Positions 1 through 8,064 of a stretch of 64,000 nt of DNA are shown piece after piece. The first letter of the stretch is position 1. Every line of letters starts with the position of its first letter. The stretch is from Escherichia coli. Its GTDB lineage: Bacteria; Pseudomonadota; Gammaproteobacteria; Enterobacterales; Enterobacteriaceae. Location: the NCBI RefSeq assembly GCF_003018115.1, contig NZ_CP027457.1, one strand, 5' to 3'. The notes under the pieces were generated by a model that worked only from the letters and a program-made list of their open reading frames with translations, searched no databases and had not been told where the DNA came from. Made by a program: the position numbers and the translations under genes.

Positions 1-1429
1 CATTCATAAAATAGATATCACAGGTTTTATTATCTGTATTGATTATGATTTTTTCGAATGTTTTATAGGCAAGTGTACGACATAGCTCTCGCCCATTTTT
101 ACTGGTTAAGTCAATAGCATGAAAATCACCAAGTGAACTCACCGCTTTACTCTTCAAAGTTTTTAATGATACAGAAGCCCTTCGTAATTCCTTATCTAAT
201 ACTCTGATTTTTTCTGCTATAGCGGTAACTTCAGGCGCAACAGATAATGCAGCAATTAAATTATTAATTTTCATCTGGAGCTCAATAATTTTCAACTCTA
301 AAGTTTCATTAGCATCTTTCTTGTTTTCAACTGGTTGGATTTTACTACAATTAAAAAGCAACTCATTAATGATATTATAATCAACCAAATCTCTCTTTAT
401 TGATGGCCTGTCACATCGATGCAGTCTTCTCATCGGACAAACATAATAGCCATGCAAACTTCCAGATACCGCATGAACAATCATGGTATTACCACAAGCC
501 TCGCACTTCATAACTGTTCGAAGTAGATTTATCAACATAGGATTTTTGCTACTATTGCTAATACCAAAAGGTGCCAACCGAATTTCCTGCACAGCGTAAA
601 ACAAATCATCTGATATGACTCTGGGATAATAGCCAGCGATTTCACTTATTCCTTTACCTCTTGCACGATATGAAGGTACGCATATACCTATCAGAGCTTT
701 ATTCGCTAATAATTTTTCAATTACAGAAGGTCCCCATGCACTTTCTTTTCCTGAGAAATTCTTTACAGCATGATCATTTAAATACTTGGCTATTGCATTC
801 AATGAGCGCCTTTCCATCCTGAGTTTAAAAATTAGCTCAATAGTTTTCACCCTGTCGGGGTCTGGAACAAAAGCCGTTCTTTTGTCATCCAATGAGAGCC
901 ATCTCGGACAAGACGCCGTCATAATCGTGCCTGACTCCAGTGCATCCTGCCGTTTTTTCTTCCATGATAATTTAACCCGACTTGACTTTATCTCGCTTTC
1001 TTCATTTGCCCTTTGTGCTATAAGTATGGCTTTTATTAATGAATATGGCTCATTCAATGAGTCAATATTATAGACTGTATTATCGCAAAGAGTTATAACA
1101 TCAATACCGTGATTCAAAATCAATTTCAGACGCTCAATCGCTTCACCGACTTTTTCTCTTGAAAGTCTGTCCAGACTTTCAACTAACAATGTAGTCCCTG
1201 GCAATATATAACCATGTTCTATAGCATCTAAAAATTCCGAAAAAGCTCCTGATTGTGCATGCTTTCCATTGAATGCGCTTAACCCCAAATCTTCATACGT
1301 TACGGTATCAAGGTAATAATCACTATTTACCTTTAGCCATTCAGTAATAAGCCTTCTCTGGCGGTTTAATGAATCACCAGACATCTGACCTGGTGATGAA
1401 AATCGCATATATGCTATGGCTTTTTTCAT
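1..1429 (-). CDS. ybcK: Large serine recombinase (resolvase-type N-terminus), 5' portion only; gene runs off the window start
   Basis: Reverse-strand translation from ATG near 1429 reads MKKAIAYMRFSSPGQMSGDSLNRQRRLITEW... (resolvase catalytic Ser motif) and stays open to position 1; matches my recollection of DLP12 YbcK. Not in the ORF track because it lacks a stop in the window. Confidence 0.8.
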   Translation of the reverse strand, partial: MKKAIAYMRFSSPGQMSGDSLNRQRRLITEWLKVNSDYYLDTVTYEDLGLSAFNGKHAQSGAFSEFLDAIEHGYILPGTTLLVESLDRLSREKVGEAIERLKLILNHGIDVITLCDNTVYNIDSLNEPYSLIKAILIAQRANEESEIKSSRVKLSWKKKRQDALESGTIMTASCPRWLSLDDKRTAFVPDPDRVKTIELIFKLRMERRSLNAIAKYLNDHAVKNFSGKESAWGPSVIEKLLANKALIGICVPSYRARGKGISEIAGYYPRVISDDLFYAVQEIRLAPFGISNSSKNPMLINLLRTVMKCEACGNTMIVHAVSGSLHGYYVCPMRRLHRCDRPSIKRDLVDYNIINELLFNCSKIQPVENKKDANETLELKIIELQMKINNLIAALSVAPEVTAIAEKIRVLDKELRRASVSLKTLKSKAVSSLGDFHAIDLTSKNGRELCRTLAYKTFEKIIINTDNKTCDIYFMN

Positions 1430-1684
1430 GGTGACACCTGCTAAAGTATGCTTTTATAAACCTTAGTGGTGAGATATTATTTTTGTTTAATTTTTATTTA
1501 AAAAGACAATTAAGGTCACATTATCTTGAATATACAACAATAATCGTATTGCAATTTTCTTACACCATAATCTTGAAAGCACAAAAGAATGAATAAAAAC
1601 TAAAGACATTAACAAAAAGCATAAAACGAGGCCCATATAAATATACGAGCCTCCATATTTTAGTCGTTTAAAAACAAATTATTT

Positions 1685-2017
1685 TTAATGTGGTGTGCTT
1701 CGTGACAATAAATTAATAACCAACACACCGGCACAAATCAACATCATGCCTATAATGGCTGGCAGGTCCAACCGTTGGCCGAAAAATCCCCATGATAGTA
1801 AGCTAATCAGGACAATACCGACTCCTGACCAGATAGCATAAGCAATCCCTGTAGGAATATAAGCCAGCGTCTGAGCTAATAACCAGAATGATGCACAATA
1901 ACAAATAATTGTACCAACAGATGGCCATAACCGTGTAAAACCTTCTGAAAACTTCATTAAGGTTGTACCAATGACCTCTGCAAGTATTGCACCACCAAGA
2001 TAAATATAAGGATTCAT
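1685..2017 (-). CDS. emrE: SMR-family multidrug efflux protein EmrE (110 aa)
   Basis: Translation MNPYIYLGGAILAEVIGTTLMKFSEGFTRLWPSVGTIICYCASFWLLAQTLAYIPTGIAYAIWSGVGIVLISLLSWGFFGQRL... is essentially EmrE as I recall it; start taken at internal Met 19 of the track ORF. Confidence 0.95.
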   Translation of the reverse strand: MNPYIYLGGAILAEVIGTTLMKFSEGFTRLWPSVGTIICYCASFWLLAQTLAYIPTGIAYAIWSGVGIVLISLLSWGFFGQRLDLPAIIGMMLICAGVLVINLLSRSTPH

Positions 2018-2084
2018 AGCATATTCTTTCCTGTTCAAACTGGAGAGAATTGTACTACAGTTTGAACTCAACTCACCTGTTTCA

Positions 2085-2387
2085 TCATTGTGTACCCATT
2101 GATGTTCTTTTATATACCCTCAATACCCGTTTCATCGCGGCACTCTGGCGACACTCCTTAAAAATCAAATTCGTGCTCACCTTTCCTTCCCATTCTTCTC
2201 TGGTAGCGAACCGATAATACACCGTTCGCCAGACCTTACCATCAACGACCAGGATTCCTGCCCGCGCCATTTTAGCCGCAGCCTGATTTATGCTGGTTAC
2301 CGTTGCGCCTGTTACCGCGGCAACGTCCTGCGCACAGAATTTCTTATGAGTCCCCAGGTAATGAATAATTGCCTCTTTGCCCGTCAT
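2085..2387 (-). CDS. ren: Lambda Ren-like protein
   Basis: MTGKEAIIHYLGTH...AAKMARAGILVVDGKVWRTVYYRFATREE... is near-identical to lambda Ren as recalled; its start overlaps the P stop by 4 nt, as in lambda. Confidence 0.85.
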   Translation of the reverse strand: MTGKEAIIHYLGTHKKFCAQDVAAVTGATVTSINQAAAKMARAGILVVDGKVWRTVYYRFATREEWEGKVSTNLIFKECRQSAAMKRVLRVYKRTSMGTQ

Positions 2388-3085
2388 ACCCTTGCTCCTT
2401 TCAGCCCAAACTTAGCTTTGATTTCTGCGATCTTCGCCAGAGCCTGTGCACGATTTAGAGGTCTACCGCCCATGACAGGAAGTTGTTTTACTGGTTCAGG
2501 TATAGCCTCACCACGGTTAATTCGTGCGGTCATACAGGACAGTTCATCGGCAGCCTTGCGCCGTAATTCCGCGTCAGTCAACGCATTAGCCCGCATGTTC
2601 TGATACAGGTTGGTAACCAGCCAGTAGTGCGCGTTTGATTTCCACGGATAAGACTCTGCATCCGGATACAGCCCGCGCTTCCGGCAATACTCGTAAACCA
2701 TATCAACCAGCTCGCTGGCGTTTGGCAGCCCGGCGGTAACGGATGCTTCTTCCCGGCACCAGGCGACAAACTGCCCGGGTGATGGCAGGAATGGTCGATT
2801 CTGCCGACGGGCTACGCGCATTCCAGCGTTAACCTGTTCCATTGTGGTGATCCCGTTTTCCCGAAAAGCCAGCACCCACTGGCGGCGGATTTCGTTCAGT
2901 TCATTCTGGTCACGGTTAGCCAGGCTCGCCGGGAAAGTTGCCAGTAACTGGCTGAACACACCGTTGATGATCTGCGCTACCTGCTGTACCTGTGGCTTTT
3001 CGTCGTACTGTTCCGGCATGTTGTTGGCGATCCGACGCATCTGCTCACGGTCAAAGTTAACCATCTGTGCGGCGATGTTTTTCAT
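2384..3085 (-). CDS. P: Replication protein P (DnaB helicase loader), lambda P-like
   Basis: 233-aa translation MKNIAAQMVNFDREQMRRIANNMPEQYDEKPQVQQVAQIINGVF... matches lambda P over its full length as recalled. Confidence 0.9.
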   Translation of the reverse strand: MKNIAAQMVNFDREQMRRIANNMPEQYDEKPQVQQVAQIINGVFSQLLATFPASLANRDQNELNEIRRQWVLAFRENGITTMEQVNAGMRVARRQNRPFLPSPGQFVAWCREEASVTAGLPNASELVDMVYEYCRKRGLYPDAESYPWKSNAHYWLVTNLYQNMRANALTDAELRRKAADELSCMTARINRGEAIPEPVKQLPVMGGRPLNRAQALAKIAEIKAKFGLKGARV

Positions 3086-4101
3086 AGATCCACCCCGTAA
3101 ATCCAGTCAGTGTTTGTCAGGTCGAGTTTTGGTTTGCCGACTGTCACGCCAGCCTGTTGCTTGTTCCGGTTGATTTCGAGCTGGGTCCACTTGTCGCGGA
3201 GTTTGGCCGGACTCAGCACGTTACCGGACCAGAAGTTGTCCTGGCAGGCCCAGCGGAACAGTACACACATGTCGCGGTGGTTACGTCCATCACGTTCACG
3301 CATCAGACGGATATCGTTAGCCCACCCTGCAAAATTCGGTTTTCTGGCTGATGGCGCGATGGTCTTCACCATGTCAAACATCCACTCTGCGGCGGTCAGG
3401 TCTTCTGCTGTCCCCCACTTGCTGCCGCTCTGAATCGCAGCATCCGCTTTCACCACAGGAAGGTCGTTTTCTGGCAGGTCAGAGGATTCGCCAGAATTCT
3501 CGGACGAATAAGGTTTTATATTGTCTTTTGTTAGTTTGTCTTTTGTGTTTACCTGATTCGGGTAAGTGCCTTTACCTGATTTGGGTAAACTTTTCTTACC
3601 TGATTCAGGTAAATTTACCTCTTTCAGGTAAACTTTATTTTTCTTACCTGATTCGGGTAATTTTGACCATTCCCTGACCACATTATTAATGCCGATATTC
3701 CGCCCGCTCTGAATAAAAATCCCACGCTTTACCAGAACACTTTTTGCAGCAGAACACTTGTGCGGCAATATCCCGGTCAACTCGGAAAGTTGCTCGTTGC
3801 TCACCCAATCCAGTTTTTTATTAAAGCCATATGTTTTGCGCATGACAGCCAGGAAGACCAGAAGCTGGTGCTGTGTTAATCCGGCCAGCATTACAGCTTC
3901 CAGCAACTCATTTGCAATGCGCGTATAACCATCATCGAGATCTGCCACGCGCGGCTCCTTTTGTGCCGCATCCGGCACTGGAAAATTGAATATCTCAGCA
4001 GTGTTTGCCATAATTCCTCCCGCAATGAGTGTGTTACGATTTGCACCTGAAAGTCGGTTCTGTTGCCGCAGACCGACTTTCGCCATTTTTGAACCTGTCA
4101 T
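3082..4101 (-). CDS. O: Replication initiator O-like protein (lambda O-type N-terminal iteron-binding domain, divergent C-terminus)
   Basis: N-terminal VADLDDGYTRIANELLEAVMLAGLTQHQLLVFLAVMRKTYGFNK resembles lambda O; the gene contains the iteron array; the 4-nt overlap with P is typical. Confidence 0.85.
   Translation of the reverse strand: MTGSKMAKVGLRQQNRLSGANRNTLIAGGIMANTAEIFNFPVPDAAQKEPRVADLDDGYTRIANELLEAVMLAGLTQHQLLVFLAVMRKTYGFNKKLDWVSNEQLSELTGILPHKCSAAKSVLVKRGIFIQSGRNIGINNVVREWSKLPESGKKNKVYLKEVNLPESGKKSLPKSGKGTYPNQVNTKDKLTKDNIKPYSSENSGESSDLPENDLPVVKADAAIQSGSKWGTAEDLTAAEWMFDMVKTIAPSARKPNFAGWANDIRLMRERDGRNHRDMCVLFRWACQDNFWSGNVLSPAKLRDKWTQLEINRNKQQAGVTVGKPKLDLTNTDWIYGVDL
3550..3660. repeat. 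Replication origin iterons: five copies of about 16 bp TACCTGATTCGGGTAA (each TACC-N8-GGTA dyad) inside the O gene, next to an AT-rich stretch (about 3490-3545)
   Basis: Directly visible copies starting near 3550, 3573, 3597, 3616 and 3645; the same arrangement as ori-lambda inside O. Confidence 0.65.
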
Positions 4102-4643
4102 ATTGCCCCCAGCATGGTGGTGACCATCGCCATCAATGGACCAGCCAGATCTGGGTCCACTCGAAACATCGACACAATGCCTTCACTCATCTCCTTCAGT
4201 TTCTGGTGGCGTGGTGCGTTGAGAATGACCGCCTGCTTTGCCTCACTGAGTTCCTTTTCCATTTCAGCCAGCCGAGCCATGAAGCTATCCTGCTCAACCA
4301 GGTGGCCGCGATATTCCAGCGGTAGTACCGCCAGAATTGCCGGGGTCAGTTCACGCACGTTATTTCGGTATTTTTCAGAATCGAATTTGTTATCGAGGAA
4401 GCGGAACAGCTTCTGGCGTGCACGACTGACATCATCAGGAAAATCGATGGTGCCGCCGCCCTGTGCTCGATACTCATTCACAATGAGTGCGGCAACTACA
4501 TCCTGATTATCTTCAGCAGACCAGGCGCGGACGGCATCACGAATTTTTTCGTGGCCTGGCACCTGTTTTATTTGAGAACGATTTATCACCGCAGTCGGGC
4601 TAAATCCGCTAGTCTGTTGGTATGTAAGTGGTTGCATAATCAT
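4098..4643 (-). CDS. CII-position regulatory protein, possibly YdaT/CP76-family (181 aa)
   Basis: Occupies the cII position between cro-like and O; motifs EYRAQGGG and LTPAILAVLPLEY recall the YdaT/phage CII (CP76) family. Family assignment is from memory only. Confidence 0.5.
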   Translation of the reverse strand: MIMQPLTYQQTSGFSPTAVINRSQIKQVPGHEKIRDAVRAWSAEDNQDVVAALIVNEYRAQGGGTIDFPDDVSRARQKLFRFLDNKFDSEKYRNNVRELTPAILAVLPLEYRGHLVEQDSFMARLAEMEKELSEAKQAVILNAPRHQKLKEMSEGIVSMFRVDPDLAGPLMAMVTTMLGAI

Positions 4644-4667
4644 CGCCTTATCAGTTAACGCCGCAGA

Positions 4668-4895
4668 TTAGGCGGCAGAATTACTCGCGTTAAACAATGG
4701 TGCGAGGTCGGGACGAATATCTGCTGGCTTAATCTTTCCACCAGTGGCTGAGACAATTTTCATTACATAGCGGGCATCAATTCCGCCACCGTGTAGCCAA
4801 CGCCAAACAGTGGGCTGGGCTACACCGCATAGATCTGCCAGTCGTTTTTGACTACCTGTAATACTGATTGCGAGTTGAATGGTTTGATTTGTCAT
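4668..4895 (-). CDS. Cro-like HTH regulator (YdaS-like), 75 aa from the ATG
   Basis: Helix-turn-helix motif QKRLADLCGVAQPTVWRWL; divergent from the cI-like gene; AGGA 8 nt upstream of the ATG at 4895 (track ORF starts at a TTG at 4901). Confidence 0.6.
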   Translation of the reverse strand: MTNQTIQLAISITGSQKRLADLCGVAQPTVWRWLHGGGIDARYVMKIVSATGGKIKPADIRPDLAPLFNASNSAA

Positions 4896-5005
4896 TATCA
4901 ATTCCTATTGGTATTACAATGAATGGATAATAGCAATGCGTATTAACCATGGCAATAGCAAAACGTGTTTTGACCATCAATACGCAAGCGTATAAATTAA
5001 AACTT
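4896..5005. promoter_or_regulatory. Immunity-region divergent promoter/operator region (OR-like), with dyad sites ATAATAGCAATGCGTATTAA (about 4927-4946) and GCAATAGCAAAACGTGTTTTG (about 4952-4972)
   Basis: Intergenic between divergent cro-like and cI-like genes; dyad-symmetric repeats sharing AATAGCAA with the OL-like region at 7530-7577. Confidence 0.45.
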
Positions 5006-5698
5006 ATGAAAAAAGAAACTCTTGCTGATCGCTTAAACCTAGCGATGGAACAATCTGGGATGTCTCAAGGCGCTCTTGCAAAGGCGTCTGGCGTAGCTCA
5101 ACCCACAATCTGGAGACTGACAAGCGGCAACGCGCGCGGCTCAACAAAAATTGTTGAAATAGCGAATGCATTGGGTGTTCGAACAGAGTGGCTCTCATCA
5201 GGCATAGGCCCGATGAGAAATGACGGTCAACAATCAGGGAAGCCTACTGTCAACCATTCCAAATACTTCAAGATTGACGTTCTTGATATAGAAGTGAGTG
5301 CCGGGCCGGGAGTCATCAACCGTGAGTTTGTAGAAGTCCTACGCTCGGTTGAGTACTCGTTTGACGATGCTCGTCACATGTTCGATGGCAGGAAGGCGGA
5401 AAATATCCGCATCATTAACGTACGTGGTGACAGCATGTCAGGAACAATCGAACCAGGTGATCTGCTGTTCGTTGATATCACGGTTAAATCTTTCGACGGT
5501 GATGGCATCTATGCGTTTCTGTACGACGACACAGCCCATGTAAAGCGCCTGCAAATGATGAAGGATAAGCTGTTGGTTATCTCTGATAACAAGAGCTACT
5601 CACCGTGGGACCCGATCGAGAAAGACGAGATGAACCGGGTGTTCATTTTTGGGAAAGTCATCGGGAGCATGCCGCAGACCTACAGGAAGCATGGGTAG
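5006..5698 (+). CDS. cI: cI-like prophage repressor (N-terminal XRE-type HTH plus C-terminal S24/LexA-like autoprotease domain)
   Basis: HTH motif GMSQGALAKASGVAQPTIWRL; C-terminal region with GDSM Ser motif (RGDSMSGTIEPGDLLFVD) and downstream Lys (HVKRLQ). Start could also be the upstream ATG at 4949 (track); 5006 leaves room for operators. Confidence 0.8.
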   Translation: MKKETLADRLNLAMEQSGMSQGALAKASGVAQPTIWRLTSGNARGSTKIVEIANALGVRTEWLSSGIGPMRNDGQQSGKPTVNHSKYFKIDVLDIEVSAGPGVINREFVEVLRSVEYSFDDARHMFDGRKAENIRIINVRGDSMSGTIEPGDLLFVDITVKSFDGDGIYAFLYDDTAHVKRLQMMKDKLLVISDNKSYSPWDPIEKDEMNRVFIFGKVIGSMPQTYRKHG

Positions 5699-5733
5699 GT
5701 AGTATGTAAAGAATTACCTTTGGTTGATTTGTA

Positions 5734-5763
5734 ATAGCTACCGATTACGTTATCGGTAGCTAT
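5734..5763 (+). terminator. Perfect hairpin (12-bp arms ATAGCTACCGAT / ATCGGTAGCTAT, 6-nt loop) followed by an A/T-rich tract; possible terminator or attenuator after cI
   Basis: Inverted repeat read directly from sequence; followed by aagaaattttt. Confidence 0.35.
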
Positions 5764-5821
5764 AAGAAATTTTTATGTCTTTAACTGTGTTTATTTATTC
5801 AATACTAGTTGGACTATAGCA

Positions 5822-6844
5822 ATGAAAGATAACAGACAAAAAGTCGTTCATTATAAAAAAGCAGTAATCCCACACAGCAAATCATCATTACAAAACATAC
5901 TACTTAGTATTATAGGTGAGGGCGGCGTTGCAGAAAAAGTACTTAGTAGACAAGAAAAAATAACACCTTCAGATGAAAATTCGGGGTATCGTTTCTTAAA
6001 TAAAAGCGACACATACAAAACTATACTTTTTGGGCAACTGGTTTTATTTGAAAAAGACAAAAGCCAGTCTCTATTAGAGCTTAGTGATAATGTTAAATTT
6101 TATGACATTAACTCCATCACGTCTAATGATATAATTATTGATGGAGATAAACGTAGTGACAAAAAAAGAGAGTTTGTAGATTCAATTTTATATTTTGGTG
6201 TACTAAACAACCATGTCATGATCGTTCAATCCACATCGCTTCGAGCAAGGGAGCTTGAGGCGCATTTGAATTGGCTAATTAATACATTCACAGATGAAAA
6301 AGAATCTGTGTTAATGCTTCAAGATAAGCCATCCGAAGAAACGATGAAAAAAATGGAGAAAGCACCAGCCAAGAGCATAAAAATTGGTGGATTACCCATT
6401 ACTTCAGAAGTTAAAAATTCAGAGAACCAAACACCCTCCTTTTCAAATGGTTCGGTGAAGACAATAAAATACCGCCCAATAGGGAAAGGAGGTGCGCTAC
6501 TAAAAGCATTTTTTGGCGATAACTGGGCAAATGATATAAACATTAAAGATTCATTAGATGAGGCCAATTTACAAGTAAGCCTCGAGATTACATACTTCAG
6601 AAAAACAAATGATAGCGGTCAAGCTGTTATAGACAGTATTGCTACCTCACTACGACATCTAGATGAGGATGATATTAGCATCAAACTTCAAGGCGGTGGG
6701 GAAATAACGGGAAAAGAGATAAAATTATCCGGAAAAATTAGCGTTGAACATAACAATGGCATTATTGATGAAAATGATTTATTCTTAAAAATGCATAAGT
6801 GGCTGTTCTCAAAACTTGATGCCGGAGAATTGGTTGCAAAATAA
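5822..6844 (+). CDS. Hypothetical 340-aa soluble protein, first gene of a rexA-position two-gene module (candidate phage-exclusion component)
   Basis: Long ORF in a markedly AT-rich segment immediately downstream of cI on the same strand; no family recognised by eye; no predicted TM segment. Confidence 0.6.
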   Translation: MKDNRQKVVHYKKAVIPHSKSSLQNILLSIIGEGGVAEKVLSRQEKITPSDENSGYRFLNKSDTYKTILFGQLVLFEKDKSQSLLELSDNVKFYDINSITSNDIIIDGDKRSDKKREFVDSILYFGVLNNHVMIVQSTSLRARELEAHLNWLINTFTDEKESVLMLQDKPSEETMKKMEKAPAKSIKIGGLPITSEVKNSENQTPSFSNGSVKTIKYRPIGKGGALLKAFFGDNWANDINIKDSLDEANLQVSLEITYFRKTNDSGQAVIDSIATSLRHLDEDDISIKLQGGGEITGKEIKLSGKISVEHNNGIIDENDLFLKMHKWLFSKLDAGELVAK

Positions 6845-6865
6845 CCTACCAAAAGGAGGGCGATA

Positions 6866-7372
6866 ATGAAATCGAACATCATCCACCTTATTGGTATGTT
6901 GGTCTTCTATTTTGCTGGTTACTTTTTGTTCAAGTTAGCATTGGGCTATATTACACCGGGTGTTGTCCTAACAGCTCCGTGGGCTGTGGTTGGACTCATG
7001 CAATTGCCATTATCATATTGTATACAAGCCATTTTTAAGGCAAATGAGGCCAATGACCACTCGTCTTTAACCCCTAGTGAGGTTAGGCGATTAGTGCCAA
7101 TAGTCAAATCCAAGAGACTGAAATTGGTTTTATTATTAGCTTTCTATGTATTTTCAACTTTGTTTGTAATCTTGGGGTTAATAGCAAGCACAAATGATCA
7201 AGCCCTACTCTTCAGGGTCTTAAAAATTTCAGGTGGATTACTCTTTATTTCTCTCTATACCAGTGTATTCGTTCATAAAATAATGGTTGAGCTTCAAGAG
7301 TTTAAAGCGTTATTAAACCGAAGAGAATCAGAGAAGAAGGAAAGAGAGTCACTCCTTGATAGATTAAAATGA
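6866..7372 (+). CDS. Hypothetical 168-aa membrane protein with four predicted TM helices and a charged C-terminal tail, second gene of the rexB-position module
   Basis: Hydrophobic stretches IIHLIGMLVFYFAGYFLFKLALGYI, VVLTAPWAVVGLMQLPLSYCIQAIF, LKLVLLLAFYVFSTLFVILGLIAS and GGLLFISLYTSVFVHKIMV; RBS AAGGAGG upstream; 21-nt gap from the upstream gene. Confidence 0.6.
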   Translation: MKSNIIHLIGMLVFYFAGYFLFKLALGYITPGVVLTAPWAVVGLMQLPLSYCIQAIFKANEANDHSSLTPSEVRRLVPIVKSKRLKLVLLLAFYVFSTLFVILGLIASTNDQALLFRVLKISGGLLFISLYTSVFVHKIMVELQEFKALLNRRESEKKERESLLDRLK

Positions 7373-7381
7373 CCCCCCCTC

Positions 7382-7408
7382 CCCGGCCGTCGTGCCGGGT
7401 TTTCTTTT
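7382..7408 (+). terminator. Rho-independent terminator (stem CCCGGC/GCCGGG, loop CGTCGT, then TTTTCTTTT)
   Basis: Read directly from sequence, 10 nt after the stop of the membrane-protein gene. Confidence 0.65.
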
Positions 7409-7529
7409 GCCTCCCCTCATCACACACCGTTCAAAAAACCACCATAACCCCCGCTTCAGTTATCGCTATGCGATGCAAGTCACAAAATTAATTCCTTTTG
7501 CTATCAAACAGTTAATATCAAAATACATC

Positions 7530-7577
7530 AATCAATAGCAATAAGTATTGATATCACCAATAGCAATAGCTATTATT
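7530..7577. promoter_or_regulatory. Candidate OL-like operators / pL region: TCAATAGCAATAAGTATTGA and CCAATAGCAATAGCTATTATT
   Basis: Dyad-symmetric sites sharing the AATAGCAAT core with the OR-like region; located upstream of the N-position ORF, as OL/pL are in lambda. Confidence 0.35.
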
Positions 7578-7649
7578 ACCATGTCGCAACAACACAACGA
7601 TACGGCAACCACCTGATTCGCCGTTGCGATGACCGCTTAGATCCGCAGC

Positions 7650-8060
7650 TTGAATTTCAGCAGGCTCCGGGGAGTGCGAGGGGTGAAGCGGACGCGTGAA
7701 CGTCGGTGTGACCAGCTGAAATCAACTCAACACTTCATACCTCAGTCGCTTCAACGAGGCGGCTTAGTTATGACAACCGGCGGCCATCCACCGCCTGAAT
7801 ACGCGCAGAAGTCTCTATATGTTCAGCAGCCCAGCTTACGGGCAGGAGTTTTTATGGTTCATCAACATTACGGAACTCAGACCGTTAATCGCGGTGCCGT
7901 CCGGCCAGGTATGCTGGTTAAACACAAAGATGGTACCTGGACGGCATCAGCTAATTTGCGCGGTCGGCTTTACTTGCATCGCGGCATCGAACGAACGTAC
8001 ACAAAAGATTTGCTCGTGGAGGTTTACCTGAATGGTACTGGCGGTGGTCTGAGCCACTAA
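7650..8060 (+). CDS. Putative N-like antitermination protein (arginine-rich motif near N-terminus); start codon uncertain
   Basis: Track ORF begins at a TTG; translation contains RGVKRTRERR, resembling the lambda N arginine-rich motif (TRRRERR). Alternative starts: GTG near 7683, ATG at 7770, ATG at 7854 (the last with AGGAG 5 nt upstream). Confidence 0.35.
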   Translation: MNFSRLRGVRGVKRTRERRCDQLKSTQHFIPQSLQRGGLVMTTGGHPPPEYAQKSLYVQQPSLRAGVFMVHQHYGTQTVNRGAVRPGMLVKHKDGTWTASANLRGRLYLHRGIERTYTKDLLVEVYLNGTGGGLSH

Positions 8061-8064
8061 CTAC

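Noticed and set aside
786-1073. 95-aa plus-strand ORF
   Set aside because: Lies entirely inside and antisense to the ybcK-like recombinase gene; no RBS; most likely a shadow ORF.
5822-7372. Direct assignment of the two-gene module as rexA/rexB homologues
   Set aside because: I could find no sequence similarity to lambda RexA or RexB by eye; only the position and the soluble-plus-four-TM architecture match, so I describe it as a positional analogue and candidate system rather than naming it rex.
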